Shown: one piece after another, positions 22,650-34,339 of the stretch
Layout: the number at the start of each line of letters is the position of its first letter
Numbering within the stretch: the stretch's first letter is position 1
Origin: Podarcis cretensis
Taxonomy: Eukaryota
DNA length: 64,000 nt
Assembly (NCBI GenBank): GCA_951804945.1
Contig: OX638151.1
Span: 69,626,001-69,690,000 of the forward strand
Reading direction: 5' to 3'
Position numbers and translations under genes: made by a program
Notes under the pieces: model-generated
Seen by the model: only the letters and a program-made list of their open reading frames with translations
What the model was told of the DNA's origin: nothing
The model's database searches: none

Positions 22650-23524
22650 AGCAATGTCATATGGACTCTGTGCTTTTGCCTTTTCTGACTGCCTGGGACC
22701 AGTTTCTGTGAAGCAGTAAGGCTGGACGCTTTGTCATGGTGTGCCAGCTCCCAGTTCCGGTGAATAATGCCAAGTTCATAAAGGTATTGCATAGCCAACC
22801 GTATCTGATAGAAATAAAACATGTAGGTCACTTCGTTTAATCTTGATGGGCACAGATCCTTGCCAAACAAGCTTCTCGCCTTCCATAAATTCCAAGAGAA
22901 TGTAAAGTCTATTTCTTCAAAGAAGTCTTTTTCTCTTGATTAGGCAGGGATGGTCAACCTTCTTCAAAATCTCCAGGCTGTTTCCACATTAAAAGGCTTG
23001 TCCTGATTCTCTGGTGAAACCTCTGCCATAAACCTTCACTGACTTACTGTATTTCATTCATGCAGCCTTTGTTGCAGGTGTCTTCAAAGGCTGACTTGAC
23101 TTCTCCACATGCAACACTGCCAAGAATCTTTTGATATGATACACTGGTTCCTGAGCTCTTAAGGGATGCTCTTACTGATGATCATTGGAGAACAATGCAG
23201 TCAAGGAGGGTATGACTTCATCAATGTGTGCCCAAGGACCTTTCCATTGAAGAAAGTCTCCCTTGACAGGGATGCTCTTGGTTTTGGCAGCAATTCTCCA
23301 GTCCACTCACTGACAATACCTTTTAGATCATAGCAGTTCCCCAAACTGTACACAGTAACTGCACCCCACCCCACCTTCCTGCCTTTCAGTGCAGTTCTTC
23401 AACTTTGAACTCAGGAGACTTCTGTGTCTCACACAAGCACAGTGTCCACACTGTTAAAGGGACTTCTGGCAACACTGTCTTCCTCAGACTTGGTTCCCTA
23501 GTTTTCCTCTGCCTGCCTGCTCAT
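22650..23524 (-). pseudogene. CHEK2: Intronless (processed) CHEK2-like checkpoint kinase pseudogene with stops, frameshifts and internal deletions
   Basis: Collinear minus-strand peptides: MSRQAEEN* (ATG 23524), FNSVDTVLV*D (Thr68 region), ETFFNGKVLG (FHA), ELRNQCIISK/ILGSVACGEVKSAFE (cf. [24 protein letters not shown]), FNVET/LEILKKVDHPCLIK/KDFFEE, YILLEFMEG/LFGK, RLNEVTYMFYFYQIRLAMQYLYELGIIHRN (cf. [30 protein letters not shown]). These span several exons in vertebrate CHEK2 but are contiguous here. Confidence 0.88.
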
Positions 23525-23915
23525 CTTTTGGTGCAACAATTGAAGTCTGCTAGCCTGTCTGGCATGTCTGTCTGTCTTTGACTTAGCTGCCTAGGAGATG
23601 CAGCTGCACCCTTCAATTGATTTCATTCTTTTACATCTTTATGAAACAGCCCAAACATGAGCACTTACAATAGCAGTAAACTGACGATTTTTATTTGTAT
23701 TTAAAACAGCCGCAACAAAATTTAGAAGTGGCTAGCATGTAAATCCCTGGATCCACTTGTATGCAATTGGGCAGGATTAATTCCATCTTGAGGGGCTACC
23801 GTGTCTCCAAATTTAATGCATTTATGTGAAAAACAGATTTGGAGTTCTATTTCGTCATTCATATGCAGGGTCTGAATTGGATCTGGGTCGATCTGAACTG
23901 AATCAAGTCCCAGTC

Positions 23916-24123
23916 CAGGGGTATCAACTTGAATAAAATATTAGGGGTGGGGGGGCTCAAGGGTGGGGGGGCTCAAGCCCCACTCTGCATAATCAATTAC
24001 AAGATGTGGTGTGCACACACCATTTGAATGGCCATGCCCATCAATTATTTGGGGGGCCCAGTCCCCTCAAATATTTTATTGGGGGGATGAAAGGACCTTG
24101 GCCACTAGGAGTTGGCTCCTATG
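23916..24123. mobile_element. hAT-type MITE nested in the 21605-24186 element
   Basis: Ends CAGGGGTATCAACT / AGTTGGCTCCTATG; flanks TCCCAGTC vs GCCCAATC (6 of 8 match); internal tandem duplication of GGGTGGGGGGGCTCAAG. Confidence 0.65.
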
Positions 24124-24585
24124 GCCCAATCCAAATTACTTAATCATCCTCTTAATTGGATTGGGACAGGGACATGCACAACCCTAGTAATAATTTTAGA
24201 TTGAATGGCATGCAAGTGATGGAAAGCATTAACAAAATTGAATCTATCTGTCCACCTCTGCCAAACACACACATTATAGCAGTGTAGCAAGATGTAACCT
24301 AGAGGGACCTATCTGAGAACTTCACTTAATACTCCATGCAAAGATGTGTAATTATCTCCATCAGCCACTATTTGTAATCAAACACACCTTTCAGAAACGT
24401 CAATCTGGGGCAGAGAATTGGGAGACAGCAATGGGAAACGTGTAAACAGATCCACAACCCTTTCCCCACTCACTGCTTCTTGGTTGCTGCAAATTGTCCT
24501 GTCCAGAAGAAACTTTTACTTAGATATAGCAGCTTTTGGGGACTATTAACAAGCTTTTGTATTGCTCACATATGTATTTAATTCC

Positions 24586-24624
<39 letters not shown>

Positions 24625-24681
24625 GAAGGAAGGAAGGAAGGAAGGAAGGAAGGAAGGAAGGAAGGAAGGAAGGAAGGAAGG
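24586..24681. repeat. Polypurine compound microsatellite (AAAG)n(AAGG)n
   Basis: Read directly from the sequence. Confidence 0.95.
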
Positions 24682-26854
24682 CTATTATTAATCTACCCTT
24701 TTCTTCAGATAAGTCTTATTTGTTCAGATGGGGCTGCTCAGGGTAAATGTAATTCTTACCATGCTGGCCAAAGAGAGCACTGGGGATTAATATGGAATGC
24801 AAATAGGCAGCCTCTGCTGATGCTGCTACATTCATGAGAGGTCTTCACTTTTCATAGTTCTGGAACACGTGCAATCAAATGGTACGTTTGCCAGCTTCCC
24901 TTGATACCTTTGGATAAAATTGTTACATGAGAGAATACATTTATCACAGCAGGATGGAGACACAAACCATAGGATGTCTCTCATGTGGCAATTCAGATCC
25001 TCAGCAATGATATGATCAAGAAAATGCTTGGATCAAAACTCTATAGGTGTTCATCTGACCACGCCCAGATCGTTCCACTTTGGATAATTACCTGCCTCTT
25101 CAATTAGCCTCACTGGAAGAAGAAAAACCCCTCATGAACTCAATATGAGCTATGTGAGCAACTGGGGGAAAAACTGATGCTGATGGCAATACTCTTCTGA
25201 TAATTAAAACAATTATGGGAGGCCACAGTATGTCTGGCACCAGTAGTAGATGATGTGTGTTGGGTGATAACGCCGAGGCCAGTGCCTCCCCCTCAATGCA
25301 GCGTTGCCTAGGATTCATCACTCCAGTGTCCCGTCACACTGATGTGACCCATATCCAAGGACATGAGCACACGACTAGCAGACTCCAAACAGAAGCTGAG
25401 CCTTGAGGTGTAACATCTAAGTCTAATTTATGGCGCACATCCCTGGTGCATTTTCACAATGCTGACCTTGCTGCCTCACTCTTCCCACTCTCAGGTATCA
25501 GGAGGTCAGGTAAATGCCATCACCCCACCCTACCATCCAGTATTGCCTGGTACACAGCTTCCCCCTCCCCATTGCAAAAAGGAGTAGGGAGAGTGTTGAG
25601 ACAAATTGGATAGGGGATAAATGGTCATGTTAGGCTTAGCTTTCATTTGTGTTCCAGTTAGTATTTCTAAATGCCCCCTAAAAATTCCCCACTGTCCTTC
25701 CCCATCCATCTCTCACTCTCTGATAATTTTTTCCTGCAAAACCCTGAATGATAGATAACTACTCCATTCTGTAATCTTTTTCCAATGGCAAATTATCACT
25801 GTGGGTGCCAAAAAGCAACACTGAGCATCCCTTGAAACACAAACCCTCCGCCTCTAATTCTGCATGTAATGGAATAACTAGAATTATCAATAAGTAGACC
25901 CTTTAAAACAATTGGGCGGAAAAGAACACTAGTTCATCAGCAGAAGGGCTTGTATAATTTATGGAGTTCTCAGAGGCATGAAACCCCAGAACCCAATGTT
26001 AGCCAAAGTGCAGTTTGATAACTGGAATACATAATAAGAATATCACTCAGCTTAATAAAAAGCAAGAGGTGTGATGTGTTAATATCTCTGGATCCATAGG
26101 TCTCTGGATGAATTTGAAGTCAAATGCAGAAGCCAGCATCTTAAAAGTTGGTAAGCCCTCTTGCTTTTCTCAACATTTGCAGGTGTGGAAGGCTGTGGTG
26201 ATTTGGTGAACATCCCCCAAAGTATGTATTAATTTTATTGTTAAGCAAATGTGGTACAGTATCACTTAGCCAACTGACTTGGATGTCCACACAGTATTAG
26301 ACTATTGGAATGATTAGATAAATAGGAACAATAACTGTATGTGTAGTTTTTCTGCATAGCTGTGTAGGTTTAAGGATCTCTGAGCTATGACTGGTCCAGA
26401 AGTCCTATACCTTCTGCATTGGGGTGTGGCATTCCATTACAAAAAGGCTTGTAATTTTATGGTGCTATTTCTTGCCTACTGAGTTGGCAAAGAACTCTTG
26501 CACATAGGGCAGACTGTAAGGTTGAATATAGTGCATAGATGGATTCCATCCTCTGTTTAATAGATAATGGCTCAGTTTATCTGAGAAGAGTGCTGATACA
26601 GAATAATGGAAGAATGATACAAGCTTCTTCCCTCTTGCACTCAGGCTCCATTGTAAACTAGTTTCTCCATTGTGACAGGGAGGAAATCTTATAAATCAGC
26701 TCTCAGCATGGTCAAACACTCATACAAAGGATCCAGTTCACACTGGAAGCTAATGGCATGATGAAAGAAAACCATTTGCACAACCCTCTCATATAGACGC
26801 TGCTGCAGTGCAGTGGACTGCACCTTGCATAAACTGCATGGTCTGTGCTGAGTG

Positions 26855-27012
26855 AAACCATTTGTTCATCTAACTTCTGTTTTATTTGATGGTGTCTTCC
26901 AGTGTTCTCAGCTGGAGGCCTTCCCACTCCTATTTTCTTAGACCTTTCAGACTGAGATGCCAGGGATTGAATTTTGGACCATGTACCCAGCCGCTGAGCA
27001 ATGGCCACTTCC
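26855..27012 (-). mobile_element. tRNA-derived SINE with CR1-like tail (old)
   Basis: GAGATGCCAGGGATTGAATTTTGGACC...CCGCTGAGCAATGGCC is the reverse complement of the head seen at 42300 and 63878. Confidence 0.5.
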
Positions 27013-27807
27013 CTGTTTCTGGGGTGGGAGAATGTAGGGGACATATTTAGATGGGGCACAATTCTATTTCCTGCCAACGCCACATCCAAAGCCCTGATGT
27101 TTGCACCAGCAAGGCAATGGGAGAAGGAGGGGAAAGGAAACTTTTGATTTTTGCTTTACTAGCCAAATCCAGGCTGGTGCTGCAAGGGGGCCTGGATCTG
27201 GCCAATTGTTGGTAGCTGGACTGCCTTAGGATCCAATGGACCCTTGTGGACCCTTGGTCCTCCCTCCCCTCCCCTCCCCCAAATCCCCCATTTCAGAAGT
27301 TTACAATGGCTACCACTGGTGTGGGATATGGTGGCAGTAGCTTCTTCCATGTATTCAGTGAGTGCAGTGGGACCTTGTGGGGCCTCCTTCCCCCACTGGT
27401 GGAGCTGAGCACAGCTGGGTGGATATAAATTCTCTTCTGCATTCTAACATCCTTGAGCCCCCCTGGTTCAGGAACTGGGGTTGCTCTGCAAGATATTATC
27501 CCCTGTTCCAGAAGGTCTTATACCCTGGGCTTTGGGAAGCACAGGTGGGCTACAGAAGATACAGGACAGATTCTTTAAAACCAGACACTTAAGGATCCTT
27601 CATATCTGAGCTATGACCAGTCCAGAAGTCCAGTTCCTTCCATCTTTGAGTAAAGGAATGCACTAGGAAGAGGTCTGTAATTGCAGAGGCCACTACTGAA
27701 CACAACCTTATAGCTCTTGGACCTTGAACATCTGACAACACATGCTAAATGAGTGGCGACTGAAAGGTGAATATCTAGGGATGTATCCAATCGAGGCCTT
27801 ACACTAG

Positions 27808-28086
27808 CATAGGAACATAGAAACAGAAGAGCAGCCTGGTGGATCAGGCCAATGGACCATCTAGTCCAGCATCCTCTTCTCACAGCGCTCAACCAGATCC
27901 CTGTGGGAAACCCACAAGCAGGACCCCAGCACAAGAGCACTCTTCCTTCCTGTGGTTTCCAGCAACTGACATTCAGAAGCATTGTTGCACCTGGTCATGG
28001 AGGCAGAGCATAATTATCATGTCTAGTAGCCATTGGTAGCTTTCTCCTCCATGAATTTGTCCAATCCTCTTTTAAACGCATCCAAG
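27808..28086 (-). mobile_element. CR1 LINE 3' end
   Basis: CATAGGAACATAGAAAC tail, GGATCAGGCCAATGGACCATCTAGTCCAGCATCC hairpin; the minus strand encodes the CR1 ORF2 C-terminus LDAFKRGLDKFMEEKATNGY. Confidence 0.85.
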
Positions 28087-28971
28087 GAGCAGAAAGTGTT
28101 TCCACTCACACAAGGGGGCTCACCCAATTTTTGCCTACCTACCCCCAACACAGTCCTTTGTGTCATAGCTTGTCCTGTTCTACTGATGATCACATACAGT
28201 TGGGATATTGGGGAGCTTTTACCTTTGGGTTTTGTGAGTTCCAATATTTATTCCTATGATGAAAAAAATAGCATTCTAATATTTGTAAGATCCACACCCC
28301 CACACCAATTAAGAAATGTATGGCAATTCACTACAATAACCATCTCTTTATACAGCTGCAGGATTGCTAATCATACCTGGAAGAATATCAGTGTCAATTT
28401 ATTAAAGCATCAAAAATCACAAGAGAGAGGAGTTTGCCATAGCCTCAAATGTACTATGGCTAATTGGTCCTTGCCACAACAACAACCTGTGAGGAAATGA
28501 AGCAATTATATTAATTTTAGAAATGCCAGGAACTGTTTGAGTGACTCTTCTGAGGTCACACAAAGGAGGCAAAGGGCAAGGGTGATCTTATTAATCGCAA
28601 CACTCCGGCTCCTATTTCCTTGGCTGATCTACTGCGTGATTCTGGGGGTTGGGAATTATATGGTTTTGGTTACTTGCCAGGATTCAGTTACTGAAAACAA
28701 GAGCTCCAGGGAGCCTGCAAACAGTCTGTACAAATGGTTGCTTTGCAAACCCCATGAATGCACCAGCCCTTTTGCTCTGTGCCTCTAATGGCTCCCAAGA
28801 TGAGGCAGAGTGGAATGCAGCAGGTTGATTATGTGGACTTCTTTTATTCAATGAAAAATATACTTTGCATTACAGGCAGAGGCAGATCTCTCTTTTCTGT
28901 GCACTCTGTATATGTAAGCTGCAATATTAATCAAGTGCCCCTCCTTATTACCCTCTGAAGTAATGAAAATA

Positions 28972-29197
28972 CAGTGGTACCTCGGGTTACATACGCTTCA
29001 GGTTACAGACTCCACTAACCCAGAAATATTACCTCGGGTTAAGAACTTTGCCTCAGGATGAGAACAGAAATCGGGCTCCGGCGGCATGGCAGCAGCAGGA
29101 GGCCCCATTAGCTAAAGTGGTGCTTCAGGTTAAGAACAGTTTCAGGTTAGGAACGGACCTCCGGAACGAATTAAGTACTTAACCCGAGGTGCCACTG
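28972..29197 (+). mobile_element. pogo/Tigger-like MITE
   Basis: TA flanks; TIRs CAGTGGTACCTCGGGTTA / TAACCCGAGGTGCCACTG; close inverted copy at 45163-45388 (strand label is relative). Confidence 0.9.
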
Positions 29198-29794
29198 TAC
29201 AAGAAGAATGCCTCACTTTTAGGTAATCTGGGGGGAGGAAAAGCAACTTTAATGGTGCAATCAACTTGGTTATTTGTTGAAGAGCTTCTTCCCACACCAA
29301 CTGATCTGTACCTTGTGGTAGGTGTGTGAGGGGGTGGGGGTGGGACTCTTCTCTTTGTCCTGCTGGTGACCCACTAGGGCACTGGGATCGGATGGGCTTC
29401 TAATCATCTCAAAGCATTGAAGCTTTTTTTGGAGGGAGGGGGGCAAGCATTGAAGAAGAAGAAAGAACCAGAATAACTGAGACAGAACTAGCCTCTGCCC
29501 ATCTTAACTGTGGTAATTAGTTACATTCCATCACATGCTGTTATGCTTTACTTACATGTGATTAATTTCACACTTTTGCGTTCTGCCTTTGGCTGACAAT
29601 CTCCTCAGTCTTGGTGCTTGACAGATTCATTCTGTTTTCCCCCTTAGTCTTAAAACTCAACAAATGAAACCCGCCCAATAAAGTACTGACATATAAAATG
29701 ATGTTGAATTTAAAGGAGGGGAGAGAAGAAATTCCATAATGGATAATTGTCACCCGTAAAAAAAAAAAGTAGCCCAAAGGAGGTTAGAAAGAAC

Positions 29795-29957
29795 TCATGC
29801 TTTAGTGTTGGCGCATGTGCTGCATGCAGAAAGTGCCAAGTTTGATCTTGGCCTCTTCAGTTAAAGGATCTTGGGTAGCAGAACTGAAGAAAGACCTTTG
29901 CCAGAGTCCCTGAAGAGCCACCTTCAGTCTTGACTTGGTATAAAGTATCTTTCCATG
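29795..29957 (+). mobile_element. tRNA-derived SINE (old)
   Basis: GCTTTAGTGTTGGCGCATGTGCTGCATGCAGAAAGTGCCAAGTTTGATC head and CCCTGAAGAGCCAC body, same family as 42300. Confidence 0.5.
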
Positions 29958-30989
29958 TGCATGGATGGGGGGGATGTTTGCTTTTCACTTCAGCATGCTG
30001 TCTGGTGTCTGGAGCTGCAAGAGTCAAACTTTTCTAGGAAGAGGAAAAGTGAGAGAACAGAATCTCTGGTTCAAGTGTGCCAGTGTCTTCTAATTTTGGT
30101 GTACACTCAAATCATAAATCTGAAGCTAGAGGAACAGAATTCATCCGTATCTGCCTAAAGTTCATTTACACCTACCTATCCACTTAGGAACATCAAATAA
30201 ATGCCACAAAACCTCCATGTTCCAAACCCCTATTCTTCTTCCAGATTCCAGATTTCAAGGCCTGTGAAGTTTTGGAGCCGTGGGGAGCACATGCCAGTTA
30301 GTGACATTATGGGGATTAAGGAGTAATTAAAACAATTAAGGGACAGCCCCGAGAAGCACAGAAATGTCAAACTATTTTCCACTGCGCCATGCTGAGATAC
30401 TTAGGAGAACAAATAATTGCGTTTTAAGGCAAAGGGGGAGTCAATTAAAGTAGAACACATTCAATTTCACTTTACAAATCCTCACCTTTTCCTAATTCTT
30501 TGTTGTGAGCCTCAAGGAATGGAACATTGCCCTACTAGGAAAGGTAGTTTGATTTACAGATTTCAAACCTTCAGTTAAGAATGGAGAGAAACCTGACAAA
30601 TGTGGATGGTTAGATGCAATGTCAAAATGAATATTTGCTTAGAAGTGTATTGGGAGAACATTGCTCTGAATAATTTACACTGTGCGGGGAAATCGACAAA
30701 TTAAAGCTAGCAACCATTGCTTTCACTGGAGCCTTTAAAAAACTTCCCCATCCACCTTTAATGTGAGGGAAGAGTTTGATTAAACATGGATGAACATGAA
30801 AAAACACATACACACATTCCCCCCCCCCCTCAATTCAGTTTTGTGCTTGGCAAATAGAGGAATTTTCCTCAGTGAAATTTTATTCGAGGCCTAGCTCAGT
30901 TTCTATTGAACTCTAGATGACATCACTGAGAATCTAATACATACCTAGAAGCTTGTCAATGGGTCATGGAGCCTAACCAACTGCTCACT

Positions 30990-31186
30990 TCCCCCTTGCT
31001 GGCCTGTGGATGGAAGACTGTATGCCTCTGACTATCTGGGAATCACAGGTGGACGGAAATTCTGTGGTGGTCATGTCCTGCTTGCAGGCTTTCCATAGGC
31101 ATCTGGGAAGCACCATGAGAGCAGGATACTGGACTAGAGGGGCACTGGCATGATGCAACAGGCCAGTGGCCTATTATGGTCTTATG
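30990..31186 (+). mobile_element. CR1 LINE 3' UTR fragment
   Basis: CAGGATACTGGACTAGAGGGGCACTGGCATGATGCAACAGGC...TTATGGTCTTATG. Confidence 0.65.
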
Positions 31187-32462
31187 TCGGTGCTATTGAT
31201 GTCCAACAACATGTGGAGGACCAAAGGTTCATCACCACCACTGATGTCAAGCCCAGCTGCGTCCTCTATCTTGTGTGCATACAACTACTGAAGAAAAAGC
31301 TTTCACAGACTCACAAAACTAAGCGATGCAAGTCCATGACCATGACAATATTTATTGTTAGTTTATATAGGGCAGCAAAATACATATCCCTTCATTTCTG
31401 GATTCTAGTGATAGCTCTTTATATTGTTATAGGTTTGAGGGTGCTGGGAAGAAGAGGAAGGGAGAGAACAAAGTGAGAGCTCCATCTTGGGTAGGCTGCA
31501 AGAGATGCCTTGGACTCCAGCGCTGCACTGTTGTGGGGAACAAGCCCCTCTTGCTGTAAGATCTGGACTCCCTCCATCCTAACCCAGGTGCAAATATGTG
31601 ATGAAATCATATTCCTTAAAGCTGCGGCAACATCCAACATTCTCAATTTTCCAAAGGAGCACAGACCCTGGTTGAGGACCAAGACCCCTGGAATTCCCTG
31701 GCTTGGCACGGATTGGGAATGGCTGGTAACAATATTGTCAAAGGGCTCAAGCTTCCCTAAACTGTTTTCAGTCGGAAAGTGAGAAGAACCCAAGAGGTAC
31801 AGGAGTGTGTTGATGGATCTCTGTTGAGGTGAATATGTGCTGCAGTTCACACATGCGAAATCACAGCTACCATAGCAATGCATTGAGCACTCCTTTGCCT
31901 TGTCCCATTTCACCCCCCCCCCCCCCGTCCTTTGCCTGGGCTGAAAAATGCATCAGCCCACCCAGACAAACACCCAAATTAAAGAACTGTACAGCAAAAC
32001 TAGATTTCCATGCTGCAATTCTTAAGATGGAGTTAATTATACTGTTGTCTTAATTTCTGGGCTGAAAGTTTAGTCAAAATGCAATTACCTGCTGCTAGAT
32101 ATAATTTGCTATAAGTTCTATGGGAAATATTGGGCAACATAAAAGCACTCATTCTGCTTACGTATTCAGTGAAGCAAACCAAGCCTTGTTAACATGCCAG
32201 GTTGCATAGTGAACTATTCACAAGCCCGTGGAGGCATATGCAAGTTGTATTCCTTTGTGGGGACCTGGGTAGAATCTATACATCCCACTGGTGAACCACC
32301 ATGGTTACAGACAGTTGTACTTTTGATTATATGAAATGTGGATCCACCATTTTATGTTTTGTTCCTTGTTATGCAATTCTTGCCTTCATTTATTTAGAGG
32401 CTGCTCTCCCCCAGAAAGATTAAACATTCACAGCAGGCTCCCTAAAGACTCATGGGAGGGGG

Positions 32463-32816
32463 CAGGGGCGTAGGAGGAGGGCAGTGGGGGTAGTCTGCAC
32501 CGGGTGTCATTTCTGAGGGGGGTGACAAAAAGGCACACCGTGGGGGGCTCGCCCCACCCCCTCCTTGTGCAGCTGCTCAAGCTGCCGTGGTGTGCGGTAG
32601 ATCACCGCACGGTGGATTGGTCCACCGTATTGCATGCCAGATTGCCCCGCCACCGCTGCAGCACTTGGTGGATTGGCCCATTGTAGCGTGCAGTGGATTG
32701 CCCTGCCCAACCCCCTGCGGTGGATTGTCCTGCTCCTGCGCAGAGGATTCCCCCCCCCCCCGGTGTGTATGGCATGGACATCGCTCGCAGCGCCCATGCA
32801 GCTAACTCCGCCACTG
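32463..32816. mobile_element. GC-rich hAT-type MITE with internal GCGGTGGATTG-like repeats
   Basis: Exact TSD GGAGGGGG at 32455-32462 and 32817-32824; ends CAGGGGCGTAG / CTCCGCCACTG. Confidence 0.8.
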
Positions 32817-33240
32817 GGAGGGGGCAAATAAACCTAACAGGTTTTTTTGGGAGGAAGGAAGTCATTCAGGTTTCTATCCCGTTCCTGATTACCCAGGGGT
32901 TATTTGTTTCAATGGTTTGTCTATTGCTAACCACTGGCAAGTTTAATGGATCGATTGTTCAACTTGGATTGGGATGCTTAGTTGCCATTCTCTAATGATC
33001 CATGAAGCTCACTGTGTGGCTTTGGGTTTGCTTATCTGCCAATCTCATGCCCAGTATCAATAGTCATGGTACATTTCAATTGCTTTAGCTACAGGTGTGT
33101 AGGTGTTGTGTTCTATCTATGTAAGCATTGCCCTACCCCTAGAAATACACCATGTCAGGGAGGAAAACTGCTTGTCTTCTTGTTCCACAACCTGCTCTCC
33201 TGATACACCAGCAGACTGAAGTGGGAAAATCCATGCTATT

Positions 33241-33546
33241 TGGGTTGAATCTAGCTAAATCAGTCACTGAAATCAGACCATTCATTTCAGTTGGCCTACT
33301 CTTGAGTATGCCTTAGTTGAATAGAACCCTTTGGGTTGTGTCAAACAAAGTTATCCTGTTGGCTCAAAGATTTCTGCTTGCACAACAGAACTTGCTTCTT
33401 GCAAACCTTCCCAAATCTGTCCCAAAGGGTTGGGGAAAGCCCAGCACACGAATCATGGGTGTGCATGGGATAGTAGAGGAAGGGAAACTTGCATTTTGCA
33501 AGCAGCAGTCCTTGCACAAATGGAATGATTTGCTTGGATACAACAC
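33241..33546. repeat. Two adjacent old palindromic MITEs (about 33241-33329 and 33332-33546)
   Basis: Inverted ends GGGTTGAATCTAGCTAA / TTAGTTGAATAGAACCC and GGGTTGTGTCAAACAAA / TTTGCTTGGATACAACAC. Confidence 0.5.
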
Positions 33547-34339
33547 TTTGATTTTTTTCTTTTTCAAATGAATGAACTGGCTCCCTCAGAGCCTTGAGTT
33601 TAAAGCAGCCCTTAGTTCTTCAAGGGGAACAGTAATATATAGAGGAGATGTAGTAAAGGGCTACCCAGTAATAAGGCACATGGAATTGCCCATTTGCAAA
33701 AATAAAAAAATCAATGAAAATAAAATAAAAATCTATTTGTAAGCTCTCGTATATTGATTTAGCCTAGCAAAGAGATTATTTCCTCTGCCGATTCATATCA
33801 TGGCATAACTCGCATCTCAAGTTGGGGCGGGGAGAGAGAAGAAGCAGAAAACACATTCTCCTCTGCTCAGAGCGCCTTAATGAACCCCAGCTCAGAGACA
33901 CATTAAGCACAATGTTTCCCTTCGTGGTTCAGTTCCCCTGCTTCTCTTTTTAAAGAGCACTATGTCATGTAGATAAGCTCATACCAAATAAAATCAATTG
34001 TCCCCAGCACTATTCTGCTTCCCTCAACCATTTTCCTCACAGTGGGAAGGTAAAGGAAACTGTGAGGCTTGCCAGATTCACTCTGCTTACAGGATTTAAA
34101 GCCAGTTCATGAGCACACTAATGTAATAACAAGGAATGTGCAAGAGAAAAGATACGTGAATCAAGTTTATAGTGCATGTTGATAAAAAACACACACATGA
34201 ATGCTGGGGATTTTTTATTCTTATTATTTAAAAAAGTGAGATTCAATTGGGGAAAATCAGTAGAGTTTTCCCTCAAAATAAAGTAGTCTAGCTTAACAAT
34301 AGTTGAAGTGTTAACAGAGCATTGCAACGTAAGTTAGGC

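Larger units (their letters stand above)
21605..24186. mobile_element. Non-autonomous hAT-type DNA transposon containing a CHEK2-like gene copy (candidate Pack-TIR)
   Basis: Perfect 12-bp TIRs TAGGGTTGTGCA (21605-21616) / TGCACAACCCTA (24175-24186); 8-bp TSD GTAATTAT (21597-21604) vs GTAATAAT (24187-24194); no transposase recognisable inside. Confidence 0.75.

Noticed and set aside
22643-22870. Kinase-like ORF as a functional gene or exon
   Set aside because: It is part of a continuous intronless copy with several frameshifts and stops, and HRD is broken, so it is called a pseudogene.
25040-25150. Possible HDV-like ribozyme or RTE 5' end (similar GGAGAAGAGAAC motif near 55790)
   Set aside because: Only a loose purine-rich motif is present; I could not assemble the nested double pseudoknot.
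32580-32760. Spaced GGTGGATTG repeats superficially like a CRISPR array
   Set aside because: The repeats are short, degenerate and irregularly spaced inside a TSD-flanked eukaryotic MITE, with no cas genes.
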